Shown here in pieces: positions 40,676 through 50,863 of a stretch of DNA of 64,000 bases. This DNA is from an uncultured Chloroflexia bacterium (GTDB taxonomy: Bacteria; Chloroflexota; Limnocylindria; Limnocylindrales; CSP1-4). Position 1 is the first letter of the stretch. Each line of letters opens with the position of its first letter. A program made the translations under genes and the position numbers. The notes under the pieces are model-generated. The model had not been told where the DNA came from and did not search any database. It was given only the letters and a program-made list of their open reading frames with translations. Location of the stretch: positions 652,636-716,635 of the forward strand of contig CAVZYT010000005.1 of NCBI GenBank assembly GCA_963779575.1. The letters run 5' to 3'.

Positions 40676-40896
40676 TCAGGCCACCAGCACGAGGGCGGCG
40701 GCCGGCGCCGCGCCGGGGGCGGGCATCGGGCCAGGGACGCCGGTCGCCGGCTGGGCGAGGAAGGCGATCAGGACCGCGAACATCACGATCTCGACCGCGA
40801 CGATCAGCGCGATGGTGACGGCGCGCGCGACGTCCGGCGAGGCGGACGGCGTGCCGCCGGACGACGCCTGGATGGTGTGGAACGCTGCGGCCATCG
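40676..40896 (-). CDS. Small membrane protein of unknown function
   Basis: C-terminal 73 aa of ORF 40676..41035: MAAAFHTIQASSGGTPSASPDVARAVTIALIVAVEIVMFAVLIAFLAQPATG. Confidence 0.4.
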
Positions 40897-41009
40897 GTTG
40901 CCGGGGTGCTGGCGTCAGGTTCGACCTGACCGGAGGTGACGTCGCGAGGGCCGACCCGCCCCGCGCCGGACCCGCGTTCGAGGGTCTGCACGGGTCGTCG
41001 TGGACCTGC

Positions 41010-41225
41010 CTAGATGGCGGACGGAACCGTGGCACCCAGGACCCAGGGCCGCGGGTCCTCTTCCTGGACGCCGCGCGGCCAGGCGTTGGGATCCGGAGCG
41101 GCGAAGAGGGTCGCGAGTGATCCCTGCTCGCCGCCGCTCACGAGCCGGGCGAACAGGATCGCCGGGCTGGCAACGGCCGCGATCACGACGACGATCTGGA
41201 ACAGGGAGGTCGAAGTCAGGCATGT
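41010..41225 (-). CDS. Small membrane protein of unknown function (start uncertain)
   Basis: End of a long minus frame reads SLFQIVVVIAAVASPAILFARLVSGGEQGSLATLFAAPDPNAWPRGVQEEDPRPWVLGATVPSAI*. It does not overlap the GH3 gene. Confidence 0.4.
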   Translation of the reverse strand, partial: TCLTSTSLFQIVVVIAAVASPAILFARLVSGGEQGSLATLFAAPDPNAWPRGVQEEDPRPWVLGATVPSAI

Positions 41226-41368
41226 CAGTGGCTCCGTCGATGGCCCACGGGTGAAGGGCCGCTGACGCCAGCCTCGGGGATCGGACAGCGCGCGGTGATG
41301 GACGGCGATGGCCGCGTCGTCTACGTCAAACGGCGACGGGATCACCCGTCGCGCGTCGTCGGCGGGCC

Positions 41369-43741
41369 TCAGGCCTCGCGGGTGTCGCTCGCCTCGGTGA
41401 GGTAGTGCGTGCGCTCGAGGAGCTCGATCGTCGGGCCGACCAGGTGGAGGTCCGCCGAGAGTGGGAGCTCGACCGACGACCGGCCGACGAAGACGCGCAC
41501 GAGGCCGGGCTCGACGACGCGCCGGTAGTCGGCGCCGACGTACGCCAGCTGCTCGGTCGACAGGCGGAAGGTCACCGTCCGGCACTCGCCGGGCTCGAGC
41601 GAGACCCGCCGGAACCCGCGCAGCTCGATGACGGGGCGGGCGACGCTCGCCTCCTCGTCCCGGACGTAGAGCTGGACGACCTCGTCGCCGGCGCGCGAAC
41701 CCGTGTTGGTGACGTCGACCTCGATCGTGACGGTGTCCCCGGCGGTGTCGAGCGTCGAGCGGTCGACCCGCAGCCGGTCCATCGAGAACGTGGTGTACGA
41801 GCGGCCCTGCCCGAACGACCACATGGGCGAGACCAGGCCGTCGACGTAGTCGATCTTCCAGTTCGATCGCCCGCCGGTGGGATGGTGGCGATAGGTGAGC
41901 GGCAGCTGGCCGACGTGGCGCGGCATCGTGATCGGCAGCCGGCCGCCGGGATCGGTGTCGCCCGCCAGGACCTCGGCGATGGCCGCCGGACCCGCCTCGC
42001 CCGGGACCCAGGCGAGGACGATGGCCGCGCAGTGCTCCGCGGCCCACTCGAGGGCGAGCGGGCGACCGCTCACGACCAGCAGGATCGTCGGGGTCCCGGT
42101 CGCGACCACCGCCTCGAGCAGCTCCTGCTGCCGGCCGAGGAGGCGGAGGTCGCGCCGGTCTCGTGACTCGCCGGTGGTCGCGTCGTAGGTCAGGCCGGAC
42201 CGCTCGCCGAGCACGACGATGGCCGTGCCCGCGGCGCTCGCGGCGGCCACCGCCTCGGCGATCTCCTCGTCGCTCCCGTCGCGCAGGCCGGTGCCGCGGG
42301 CGTACGCGACGCGCGCTGCGCCGAAGCGCTCCCGCAGGGCGCCGAGGATCGTCGGCCAGGCGCCGGACTCGTCGGTCGGCTGGATCACCTCGCTCGACGG
42401 GAAGCCGAACGGGTTCGCCTGGTGGCGCAGCTCGGCCAGGGTCTCGATGTGGGGCAAGTGCGCGTAGTCGCCCATGAGGTCGCGCCCGCTGTCGGCGATC
42501 GGCCCGATGACGGCGATCCGGCCGTCTCCTTCGGCCAGCGGCAGCACGCCGTCGTTCTCGAGCAGCACGATGGATCGCCGCACGAGGTCCATCGCGAGCG
42601 ACTGCTCCTCGGCCCCGATCTGGTCGAGCATCGCCACGGACGGCACATCCACGAACGGCTGCTCGAACAGCCCGAGTCGGAACTTGAGCCGCAGGTTGCG
42701 CTCGACGGCGAGGTCCACGAATGCGGGGTCGATCCGCCCGTCGGCGATGGCCGCCTTGAGCGGCTCCGCGTAGGCCGCCGACGTCGGCAGCTCGCTGTCC
42801 ATGCCGGCCCGCAGCGCCATCCCCGCCGCGGTGCCGAGGTCGTCGGTCAGGCGGTGCTGGCCGACCAGCATCTGGACCGCGGTGTAGTCCGACGCGACGA
42901 TCCCGTCGAACCCCCATTCGCGGCGCAGGATCGTGGTCAGCAGCTCCTCCGACACATGGCAGGGGAGGCCGTCGACGTCGCAGTAGGCGGGCATCATGCA
43001 GGCGAGGCCCGCGTCACGGACGGCCGCCTCGAACGGCAGCAGCTGCTCGTCGCGCAGCTCGCGTGGCCCGGCATGCGCGGGGGCCTGGTTGAGGCCGCCC
43101 TCCGCCAGCCCGTGCCCGACCAGGTGCTTGCCCGTCGCGACGACGCCGGTGCCGATGTCGGACCCCTGCATGCCCCGCACGTAGGCGACGCCGAGCGCGG
43201 TCGCGAGGTACGGATCCTCGCCGTAGGTCTCCTCGACGCGGCCCCAGCGCGGGTCGCGGGTGATGTCGAGGACGGGCGCCAGTGCCAGGCGTCCGCCGAT
43301 GGCAAGCATCCGCCGCCGGATCGTGACCGCGATGGCTTCGACGAGCTCCGGGTCGAACGCCGCCGCCGCGCCGATCGACTGCTGGAACGAGAACGCGCCG
43401 CGCGCCAGGAGGCCGTGGAGCGTCTCCTCGTGGAGGATGGCCGGGATGCCCAGCCGCGTCTCCTCGACCAGGAACCGCTGGATCGCGTTGCCCGCGGCCG
43501 CGGCGCCTGGGGTGTCGAGGTTGGTCGCGCCCGCCACGCGGCTGATCTGCCCGATCCCGGCCGCGAGGCGCGCCCGAACGAGGTCGGGATCGAGCTCGGT
43601 CTCGCTGCGGAACAGCTCGAACGACCACACCGACCCGAGCTGCGCGATCTTCTCGTTGAGCGTCATGCGGGCGAGCAGGTCGGCGACGCGCGCCTCGATG
43701 GGCAGGCTCGGATCCCGGTAGTGGGCCTGGGTCGTGGTCAT
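41369..43741 (-). CDS. Glycoside hydrolase family 3 (beta-glucosidase/xylosidase-like) with fibronectin-III-like C-terminal domain
   Basis: RVADLLARMTLNEKIAQLG; LALAPVLDITRDPRWGRVEETYGEDPYLATALGVAYVRGMQG; FDGIVASDYTAVQML; C-terminal TNTGSRAGDEVVQLYVRDEEASVARPVIELRGFRRVSLEPGE. Confidence 0.95.
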   Translation of the reverse strand: MTTTQAHYRDPSLPIEARVADLLARMTLNEKIAQLGSVWSFELFRSETELDPDLVRARLAAGIGQISRVAGATNLDTPGAAAAGNAIQRFLVEETRLGIPAILHEETLHGLLARGAFSFQQSIGAAAAFDPELVEAIAVTIRRRMLAIGGRLALAPVLDITRDPRWGRVEETYGEDPYLATALGVAYVRGMQGSDIGTGVVATGKHLVGHGLAEGGLNQAPAHAGPRELRDEQLLPFEAAVRDAGLACMMPAYCDVDGLPCHVSEELLTTILRREWGFDGIVASDYTAVQMLVGQHRLTDDLGTAAGMALRAGMDSELPTSAAYAEPLKAAIADGRIDPAFVDLAVERNLRLKFRLGLFEQPFVDVPSVAMLDQIGAEEQSLAMDLVRRSIVLLENDGVLPLAEGDGRIAVIGPIADSGRDLMGDYAHLPHIETLAELRHQANPFGFPSSEVIQPTDESGAWPTILGALRERFGAARVAYARGTGLRDGSDEEIAEAVAAASAAGTAIVVLGERSGLTYDATTGESRDRRDLRLLGRQQELLEAVVATGTPTILLVVSGRPLALEWAAEHCAAIVLAWVPGEAGPAAIAEVLAGDTDPGGRLPITMPRHVGQLPLTYRHHPTGGRSNWKIDYVDGLVSPMWSFGQGRSYTTFSMDRLRVDRSTLDTAGDTVTIEVDVTNTGSRAGDEVVQLYVRDEEASVARPVIELRGFRRVSLEPGECRTVTFRLSTEQLAYVGADYRRVVEPGLVRVFVGRSSVELPLSADLHLVGPTIELLERTHYLTEASDTREA

Positions 43742-44644
43742 CAGCCCTTCACCGCCCCGGCCGTGAGGCCGCCGACCAGCTGGCGCTCGGCGATGGCGTA
43801 GAAGATGATCGCCGGAATGAGCCCCACGACCGTGAACGCGAGGATGCGCGCCTGGTCGGACGAGAACTGGGTGGAGAAGTTCTGGGCACCCAGCGGCAGC
43901 GTCCACTGCTCGGCGCCGTTGAGCACGATCAGGGGCAGCAGGAACGCGTTCCAGGTCGTGACCACGGCGAGCACGCTGACCGTCGCCAGCGCCGGCCGCG
44001 AGAGCGGCAGCAGGACGCGCCAGAAGAAGCCGAACGAGCTGCAGCCGTCGATCCGCGCCGCGTCCTCGAGCTCCGCCGGGATGCTCCGGAAGAACGGGCG
44101 CAGGATCACGATCGTCAGGGGCAGGGCGAACGCCGCCTGCGGCAGCGCCACGCCGAGCGGCGTTCCGGTCAGGCCGAGGTTCCGCACCAGGATGAACAGC
44201 GGCAGGATCGCGACCGCGGTGGGGAACAGCAGGCCGAACACGAACAGCGTGAACAGGGCCTCACGTCCTCGGAACTGCATCCGCGCGAACACGAAGGCCG
44301 CCATCGAAGCGAAGACCACCGCGACCGTGACCGAGATGACCGCGATCACCAGGCTGTTGCCGAACTCCCCCCAGAAGACCGGGGCGCTCCTGCCGACGAG
44401 GACCTCCTCGTAGTTCTCGAGGACCCACGGGTCGGGCAGGATCGCGCCCGGGTTCGCCGCCATCTGGCCGTTGGTCTTGAAGCCACCGAGGACCGCGTAT
44501 CCGATCGGGATCAGGATCGCCGCCGCGACGATCGACCAGGACGATGTAGGCGACGATCCCGAGCAGGCTCGGACGGGCGATGCGGATGCCCTGCCGCCTG
44601 GCCGTCGCCGATGCGGCGCCAACGTTGGTGGTGGTGGTCGTCAT
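43741..44644 (-). CDS. Carbohydrate ABC transporter permease (MalG-like; frame disruption near 44540)
   Basis: PGAILPDPWVLENYEEVLVG; AAFAFARMQFRGREALF; SIPAELEDAARIDGCSSFGFFWRVLLPLSRPALATVSVLAVVTTWNAFLLPLIVL. Confidence 0.92.
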
Positions 44645-44648
44645 CGGG

Positions 44649-45587
44649 TCAGCCACCGAACGACGTGAGGGCGCCCTCGGTGTCGCGCCGGAGCACGAAC
44701 CGCTGGTACGCGAGGGCGACCACGAGGCTGAACAGGAACAGGATCACCGCGAGCGCCGAGCCGTAGCCCATCTGCGTGCCCTTGAAGCCGGCCTTGAACA
44801 TCGAGATCGCCATCGTGTTGGACGCGTTGAGCGGCCCGCCGCCCGTCATGACCCAGATCATGTCGAACAGCTGGAGCGCGCCGATGATCGAGAGGAAGAT
44901 CGAGATGCGGATCGTCGGGCCCAGCAACGGGAGCGTCACGTGCCGGAACGCCTGCCGGCGGTCCGCCCCGTCGATCATGGCCGCCTCCTCGAGCTCCTTC
45001 GGGATGCCCTGGAGGCCCGCCAGCATCAGGATCATGTGGAAGCCGAAGTACTTCCACGAGATGATCACGAACATGGTGACCATCACGAAGTTGGGGTCGC
45101 CGAGCCAATCCTGGATGAGGACGTTGAGGCCGGCCGCGGACAGCCCCGAGTCGACGAACGCGTGGGGCTGGAGGAGCAGCCGAAACACGATCCCGGTGAC
45201 CGCCTCGGACAGCACGTACGGCAGGAAGAACAGCAGCCGGAAGACGGCGCGCCCGCGGAACCGCCGGTTGAGGATGACCGCGAGGGCGAGCGAGAACGGG
45301 ATCTGGATCGCCAGCGACAGGAGGATGATCAGCAGGTTGTTGCCGATGGCCGCCCGGAAGGCGTCGCTCGACAGCGCGACCTGGTAGTTCTTGAGGCCGA
45401 CGAAGTCGGTCAGCGGCGTGAGGCCGTTCCACTTGTACAGGCTGTAGTGGGCAGCCTGGACGATCGGGAACAGGACGAACACCACGTAGAGCGTGAGCGC
45501 CGGGATCAGGAACAGGGCGATCGTCAGCCACTTCGACCGACGTGCGCCACCGCCGTTGCCTCGTTGCCGGACGCTCAGAGTCGTCAT
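44649..45587 (-). CDS. Carbohydrate ABC transporter permease (MalF-like)
   Basis: LFLIPALTLYVVFVLFPIVQAAHYSLYKWNG; GIPKELEEAAMIDGADRRQAFRHVTLPLLGPTIRISIFLSIIGALQLFDMIWVMTGGGP. Confidence 0.93.
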   Translation of the reverse strand: MTTLSVRQRGNGGGARRSKWLTIALFLIPALTLYVVFVLFPIVQAAHYSLYKWNGLTPLTDFVGLKNYQVALSSDAFRAAIGNNLLIILLSLAIQIPFSLALAVILNRRFRGRAVFRLLFFLPYVLSEAVTGIVFRLLLQPHAFVDSGLSAAGLNVLIQDWLGDPNFVMVTMFVIISWKYFGFHMILMLAGLQGIPKELEEAAMIDGADRRQAFRHVTLPLLGPTIRISIFLSIIGALQLFDMIWVMTGGGPLNASNTMAISMFKAGFKGTQMGYGSALAVILFLFSLVVALAYQRFVLRRDTEGALTSFGG

Positions 45588-45614
45588 GTGGGTCCTCAGC
45601 CATGCCGTTGAATC

Positions 45615-45642
45615 GAGCGGGCCGGCTGGGGCCGGCCCGCTC
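45615..45642 (-). promoter_or_regulatory. Perfect 12-bp intercistronic hairpin between the substrate-binding-protein and first permease genes
   Basis: GAGCGGGCCGGC-TGGG-GCCGGCCCGCTC. Confidence 0.85.
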
Positions 45643-45683
45643 TCATCGTCAGTCTACGAGCGTCGTGCTCGCAGATCGGGTCC

Positions 45684-47043
45684 TTACTGGGCAGCCGCGG
45701 CGTCGGTGATCGCCTGGCACACCTTCTCGGGGGTCGACGCGCCGGCGAACAGCGCCATCGTCGCGTCGTTGAACGTCTGGCCGAGGGTGCCGGCCGTCGC
45801 CTGGTCGAGGTAGAGCTGCATGAACTGCGCAGCGCCGCGTCCGGCGAGGACGGCCTGGAGGTTCGGGTCGGTGACGGTGCTCTCGGTCCCGACGGTGGTC
45901 GAGAGGCCGATCGCCGTCGGTGTTGAGCTTGTTCTGGTTGTCGACGCTCATGAAGAACTTCAGGAAGTCGATGGCTTCGGGCGGCGCGTCCTTGCCGACC
46001 GCGATGCCGTTGCCGCCGCCGACGCCGTCCGTCGGTGCGCCCGCGCCGCCCGTGATGGCGGGGAAGGCGAACCAGCCGAGGTCGTCGCCGAGGCCCTTCT
46101 TGTCGGCGCTCTGGTCCCTCTGGACCGACGGCGCCCACTGGCCCATCAGCTCCATGGCAGCCTTGCCGTTGCCGACCGCGGCCGCCTCGTTGTTGTAGGT
46201 CGCGCCCTTGAAGCCATCCTGGTAGGGATTGAGCGCGTTGAGGGCGAGGACATCCTCACCGGCCTTCTTGCAGGCGTCGGTGTTCCAGTCGCCGGTCTGG
46301 ACCATCTGGGCCAGCGCGTCGCCGCCGCCGTTGCGGAGGACGAGGTAGGTCCACAGGTGCATGGACGGCCACTCGTCCTTGCCCGCGATCGCGAGCGGCG
46401 TGATGCCCGCGGCCTTGAGCTTGCCGACGGCCGCGAGGTACTCGTCCCACGTGGCCGGCGGGGCCGTGATGCCGGCCTGCTCGAACAGCTTCTTGTTGTA
46501 CCAGAAGCCGATCATGCCCATGTCCCACGGGATGCCGTACTGCTTGTCCTTGTACTGGTAGATGCTCATCGCACCCGGGTTGACGGTGCTCGCCCAGGAC
46601 GAGACGTCAGCCGTGATGTCCTTGAGCGCGCCGGCGTCGGCCTGCTGGGCCATCGTCGCGCCGCCCCATGACTGGAACAGGTCGGGGACGTCGCCCGACT
46701 GGATCTGGGTGGCGAGCTTGGTCTTGAAGGCCTCGTTGTCGAGGACCGTGATGTTGATCTTCACGTTCGGGTGGGCGGCCTCGTAGGCCTTGGCGATGTT
46801 CTCGAAGTCGGTCTTGCCGGGATCACCGGTCGTGATGTGCCACCAGTCGAACGCGACCGGGGCCATGGCCTCGGACGCGGCCTCCGAAGGAGCCGCGGCG
46901 CTGGGTGCGGCGGCGCTGGGTGCGGCGGCCGTCGGCGCGGCGGCCGACGGGGCGCTCGTCGCTCCGCCGCCACTGCTCGAGCAGGCAGCGATGAGCACGG
47001 CTGTGCTCGCAAGCATTCCGAACATGCGCAAGCGCGTTGACAC
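45684..47043 (-). CDS. Extracellular solute-binding lipoprotein (family 1; frame disruption near 45920)
   Basis: Lipobox MLASTAVLIAACSSSGGG; VAFDWWHITTGDPGKTDFENIAKAYEAAHPNVKINITVLDNEAFKTKLATQIQSGDVPDLFQSWGG; YGIPWDMGMIGFWYNKKLFEQAGI. Confidence 0.92.
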
Positions 47044-47130
47044 GGATCGACCTCCTCCTGTGCCCGTCACCCGAGGCTCTCCGGCCTCGTGAGTCGACGG
47101 GCGCTCCTCCTGTGCCTGAGACGGGTGTAG

Positions 47131-47145
47131 CGAAAGTTTCGGTAC
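47131..47145. promoter_or_regulatory. Candidate LacI-family operator A
   Basis: CGAAA-G-TTTCG palindrome followed by GTAC; shares GAAAGTTTCGGTA with 47272-47284. Confidence 0.6.
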
Positions 47146-47155
47146 GGTGTCAGAT

Positions 47156-47173
47156 CGGTTTCGACGCGAACCG
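47156..47173. promoter_or_regulatory. Candidate LacI-family operator B
   Basis: CGGTT-TCGACGCG-AACCG inverted repeat in the same divergent intergenic region. Confidence 0.4.
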
Positions 47174-47271
47174 TAACCGTCCAGCGGACGGCCGTCAAGC
47201 GCGGGGCGTCCGTCGTGCTCCACGGGCGTATCGGCCGCGTCGCCGTCGAGAATTCGGGCCTGTTCGGCGCT

Positions 47272-47284
47272 GAAAGTTTCGGTA
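47272..47284. promoter_or_regulatory. Candidate LacI-family operator C, immediately upstream of the lacI-type gene
   Basis: GAAAGTTTCGGTA, identical to the core of site A. Confidence 0.6.
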
Positions 47285-47294
47285 TGCTGCGCGG

Positions 47295-48332
47295 ATGGCA
47301 ATCTCCGGTACGCCTGCTTCCAGGCGCCGACCGGGCACCACGACGATCGCGGACGTCGCGGAGCTGGCGGGGGTATCCGTGCCGACCGTGTCCAAGGTGG
47401 TCAACGGCCGGGCGGACGTGTCGGCTGAGACGCGCCGACGCGTCGAGGCGGCGATCAGGGAGAACGGCTACCAGCGGCCCGTGAGCACGGCTCGTCGGGC
47501 GCCGCTGCTGGAGGTCATTTTCCACGAACTCGAAAGTGAGTGGGCGCTGGAGATCGTCCGGGGCGTCGAGCGGGTCGCCGGCCAGCACCAGCTTGCGGTC
47601 GTCCTGTCCGAGATGCAGGGGCGCCGCCGACCCGGCCGAAGCTGGATCGAGGGGGTGCTCGCGCGCCGCCCGACCGGCGTGATCGCGGTCTTCTCGGACC
47701 TCAGCGAGGGCATGCGGGTCCAGCTGCGGACCCGCGGCATCCCGTTCGTGATCGTCGACCCCACCGGCGAGCCGTTGCATGACACGCCATCGATCGGCGC
47801 CACCAACTGGAACGGCGGCCTCACCGCGACGCGCCACCTGCTGGGCCTCGGGCACCGGCGGATCGGCGTCGTTGGCGGGCCCGCCTGGATCCTGTGCAGC
47901 CGCGCGCGCCTGGACGGCTATCGCGCGGCGATGGACGAGGCGAGGGTGCCGATCGACCCGCAGCTGATCAGCCACGGTGAGTTCCAGGTGGAGGAGGGGA
48001 TCGACCGGGGCCGCGCGCTCCTCGCGCTCTCGGACCGGCCCACCGCGATCTTCACCGGCAACGATCTCCAGGCCCTGGGGGTGTACCAGGCCGCGCGCGA
48101 GGCGCGCCTCCACATTCCGGAAGACCTCAGCGTCGTCGGATTCGACGATCTGCCGGTCGCGCAATGGGTCGGGCCGCCGCTGACCACCGTCCGCCAGCCG
48201 CTGATCGAGATGGCCGTGGCCGCCGCCGAGCTCGTCCTCGGCATGGCCAACGGCGAGACCCCCGCCCAGGCCCGCTTCGAGCTGGCCACCGAGCTGATCG
48301 TCCGCGAGAGCACCGCTCCGCCCGGCGCCTGA
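47295..48332 (+). CDS. LacI-family transcriptional regulator
   Basis: [45 protein letters not shown]; ...[38 protein letters not shown]. Confidence 0.95.
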   Translation: MAISGTPASRRRPGTTTIADVAELAGVSVPTVSKVVNGRADVSAETRRRVEAAIRENGYQRPVSTARRAPLLEVIFHELESEWALEIVRGVERVAGQHQLAVVLSEMQGRRRPGRSWIEGVLARRPTGVIAVFSDLSEGMRVQLRTRGIPFVIVDPTGEPLHDTPSIGATNWNGGLTATRHLLGLGHRRIGVVGGPAWILCSRARLDGYRAAMDEARVPIDPQLISHGEFQVEEGIDRGRALLALSDRPTAIFTGNDLQALGVYQAAREARLHIPEDLSVVGFDDLPVAQWVGPPLTTVRQPLIEMAVAAAELVLGMANGETPAQARFELATELIVRESTAPPGA

Positions 48333-48406
48333 CCTCGCACGCCGGCGCGACGCGCGCGCCGCCTAGAATCGCCACCCGACCCATCGACGAAGCGGAGCCA
48401 CGACCG

Positions 48407-49609
48407 ATGAAGCAGCACGCGATCACGCTCCTTGGGACCGGCCTCATCGGCGACTTCTACACGATGACCCTCCACGGGCAGCGCGGCCGGGACCGGGTGC
48501 GTGTCGTCTACTCGCGCAGCGAGGCGCGGGCCCGGGCGTTCAGCGAGCGCTGGTCGATCCCCGAGATCACGACCGAGATGGAGGCCGCGATCCGGCATCC
48601 CGACACGGACGTCGTGATCGTGGCGCTGCCGAACTTCCTCCACGAGGAGGCCGTCACGGCGGTCGCCGCCGCGGGCAAGGCCGTCCTGTGCACGAAGCCG
48701 CTGGGCCGGACTGCGGACGAGGCGAAGCGGATGCTCGATGCGGTCGAGCGGGCCGGGGTGTTCGGCGGCTACCTCGAGGACCTGTGCTACACGCCCAAGA
48801 CGCTCAAGGCTGTCGCCTCGGTGGAGGGCGGCGCGCTGGGTGACGTGACCTGGGTCCGGTCGCGCGAGACGCACCCGGGTCCGCACAGCGCGTGGTTCTG
48901 GGATGGCAGGCTGACGGGCGGCGGCGCGATCATCGACCTTGGCTGCCACTGCATCGAGATCATCCGCAACTTCGTCGGCAAGGGGAACCGGCCGGTCGAG
49001 GTCATGTGCACGACCGACACCCTGGTCCACCCGATCGACGACGAGGACAACGCGATCGCGCTGATCCGGTTCGAGTCGGGGGCCATCGGGCAGTTCGAGG
49101 TCAGCTGGACGTTCCGCGGCGGCATGGACCTGCGCGACGAGGTCGCGGGCACGGGCGGCACGATCTGGCTCAACCACTTCCTCCGCACCGGCTACGAGAT
49201 GTTCACCGCGGGTGGCGGGAGCGGCTACGTGGCCGAGAAGGCCGAGACGACCGCCGGCTGGCTGTTCCCGGTGGGCGACGAGGTATCCGAGCTCGGCTAC
49301 GTGGACATGTTCAGCGACATGCTCAACGCGCTCGACGGCGGCGGGACCCCGCGCGAGACCCTGTACGACGGCTACGTCGTGAACGCGGTCATGGACGCGT
49401 GCTACCGGTCCGCGAAGAGCCGGGCCTGGGAGCCGGTCGAGCTGTTCGAGTGGCGGGGCGGCGCGACGCCGCGCATCGCGAAGTCGCCCGAGTCGTACGA
49501 CGGCCAGGTGGTGATCAAGCGCGAGCTCCTGCCGGACGGCCGCGAGAAGCTGATCCTCAAGGATCCGGCGACCGGCGACTTCACGGACCGGATCACCGCC
49601 GACGGCTGA
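48407..49609 (+). CDS. Gfo/Idh/MocA-family oxidoreductase
   Basis: [24 protein letters not shown]...[50 protein letters not shown]. Confidence 0.93.
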   Translation: MKQHAITLLGTGLIGDFYTMTLHGQRGRDRVRVVYSRSEARARAFSERWSIPEITTEMEAAIRHPDTDVVIVALPNFLHEEAVTAVAAAGKAVLCTKPLGRTADEAKRMLDAVERAGVFGGYLEDLCYTPKTLKAVASVEGGALGDVTWVRSRETHPGPHSAWFWDGRLTGGGAIIDLGCHCIEIIRNFVGKGNRPVEVMCTTDTLVHPIDDEDNAIALIRFESGAIGQFEVSWTFRGGMDLRDEVAGTGGTIWLNHFLRTGYEMFTAGGGSGYVAEKAETTAGWLFPVGDEVSELGYVDMFSDMLNALDGGGTPRETLYDGYVVNAVMDACYRSAKSRAWEPVELFEWRGGATPRIAKSPESYDGQVVIKRELLPDGREKLILKDPATGDFTDRITADG

Positions 49610-49615
49610 CCGCAG

Positions 49616-49635
49616 CGCCGCTCCCGCGAGTGGCG
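49616..49635 (+). terminator. Terminator-like hairpin after the Gfo/Idh gene
   Basis: CGCCGCTC-CCGC-GAGTGGCG: 8-bp stem with one G-T wobble, 7 nt after the stop; no U-tract. Confidence 0.45.
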
Positions 49636-49881
49636 GAGGTTCGAGGCGCGGAGCCAGCAGCCCGACTGTCCCAGGTTGTGCCGTTCGGCAGGTTCATTGC
49701 CGGGCTCGGATCGCAAGGATGCTGGGCGTTCGTCCGACCCGCTGGTCGAGGATGATGGCGGCATGACTGGCGTCGCTCGTTCCTCGCCTCGTGCGCGGCG
49801 CTGCACTCCGACCGTGCTCGCGGGCTCTCCCGGTTTGACCTGGGCGGGCCCCTCGACTCGCCCGGCCGCGGCGGACTCGCG

Positions 49882-50313
49882 ATGAGCTCCTCCAATCCGC
49901 GATGGCTGTCTGCCGTCCTCGTCGTGGTCGGCCTCGCTGGGGTCCTGATCGGGCTGGCCGACACCTCTGGCCCCCAGTGCGGGGTCCCGGGCCAGTGGAA
50001 GTGCCTGCCCGGCGTCGTCTTTGCCGGCCGCGCGCTATGGATCGGCGTCGGCGCGGCAATCGCGGGAATGGGGGCGCTGCGCCTCGTGTCCGGCCGCCGG
50101 CCCTGGGCGACCGCTGCCGCGCTGCTCGCGGGGGCGGTGGACCTTGCGGTCGGCGTATGGCTCGCATATGCCCTTGTGACGGGCGTCATCCCGCCGACCG
50201 ACCCTCTTTCCTTGGCTTGGCCGCTGCTCGTGATGCTGTCGACCATCGGGTTCGGAGTGGCCTTCCTGGCGGCCGCCTTGTCCGATCGAGTGATGGACAG
50301 GATCCGGCAGTAG
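49882..50313 (+). CDS. Small polytopic membrane protein of unknown function
   Basis: RWLSAVLVVVGLAGVLIGLADTSGPQCGVPGQWKCLPGVVFAGRALWIGVGAAIAGMGALRLV...: about four TM segments. Confidence 0.6.
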   Translation: MSSSNPRWLSAVLVVVGLAGVLIGLADTSGPQCGVPGQWKCLPGVVFAGRALWIGVGAAIAGMGALRLVSGRRPWATAAALLAGAVDLAVGVWLAYALVTGVIPPTDPLSLAWPLLVMLSTIGFGVAFLAAALSDRVMDRIRQ

Positions 50314-50863
50314 TGCCGCAGGGCGCCTTGTCCGCGAGCCAGCGGCTCGTGTGCGCGAGGCACGCCGCGTGCGTCTCCGCGACGAACGCAGCCCACCGGC
50401 CCCGGATCCGCGAGCGCGGCTCCCGCGCCTAGCGCGAACGAGCTGCTCGGCGGCCGGCCGTCGGCGGCGTCTCGGTCGAGGAGCGGTCGGCGCAGGTCGC
50501 CCTCGCAAGTGTGGCTCACGGCGTTCGACCACATGGTCCTGGCCAACCGCCTTGATGCCCTTGTCGTCGTCGCACACGACCCACGCGGGTGTGCCAGGTC
50601 CGCGTGAAGACGCCACGTGCGTGCACGTGACGCACAGAACCGGCGTGCGCGTGCTGCTGGTGCACATTCGGAGCGCCTCGGGGGTGCAAGGCACCCAGGT
50701 TGTGCTGCACGCGCACGTCCTCGACGCGCTGAACTGCGAACACCTTCGTCGATGGCGACCTTGTGCCGCCTGTGCACGTTGTCGGCCGATCTGGAAGGCC
50801 GCGGCCTCCTTCGCGATCCGGAATGTGCGCCAGGCGCACGGCCCGTCGTGGTGGAGCCGAGCG

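Noticed and set aside
41010-42917. 635-aa minus ORF overlapping the GH3 gene
   Set aside because: Most of it is an off-frame reading of GH3 on the same strand. Only the last ~70 aa, beyond the GH3 gene, look protein-like and were reported separately.
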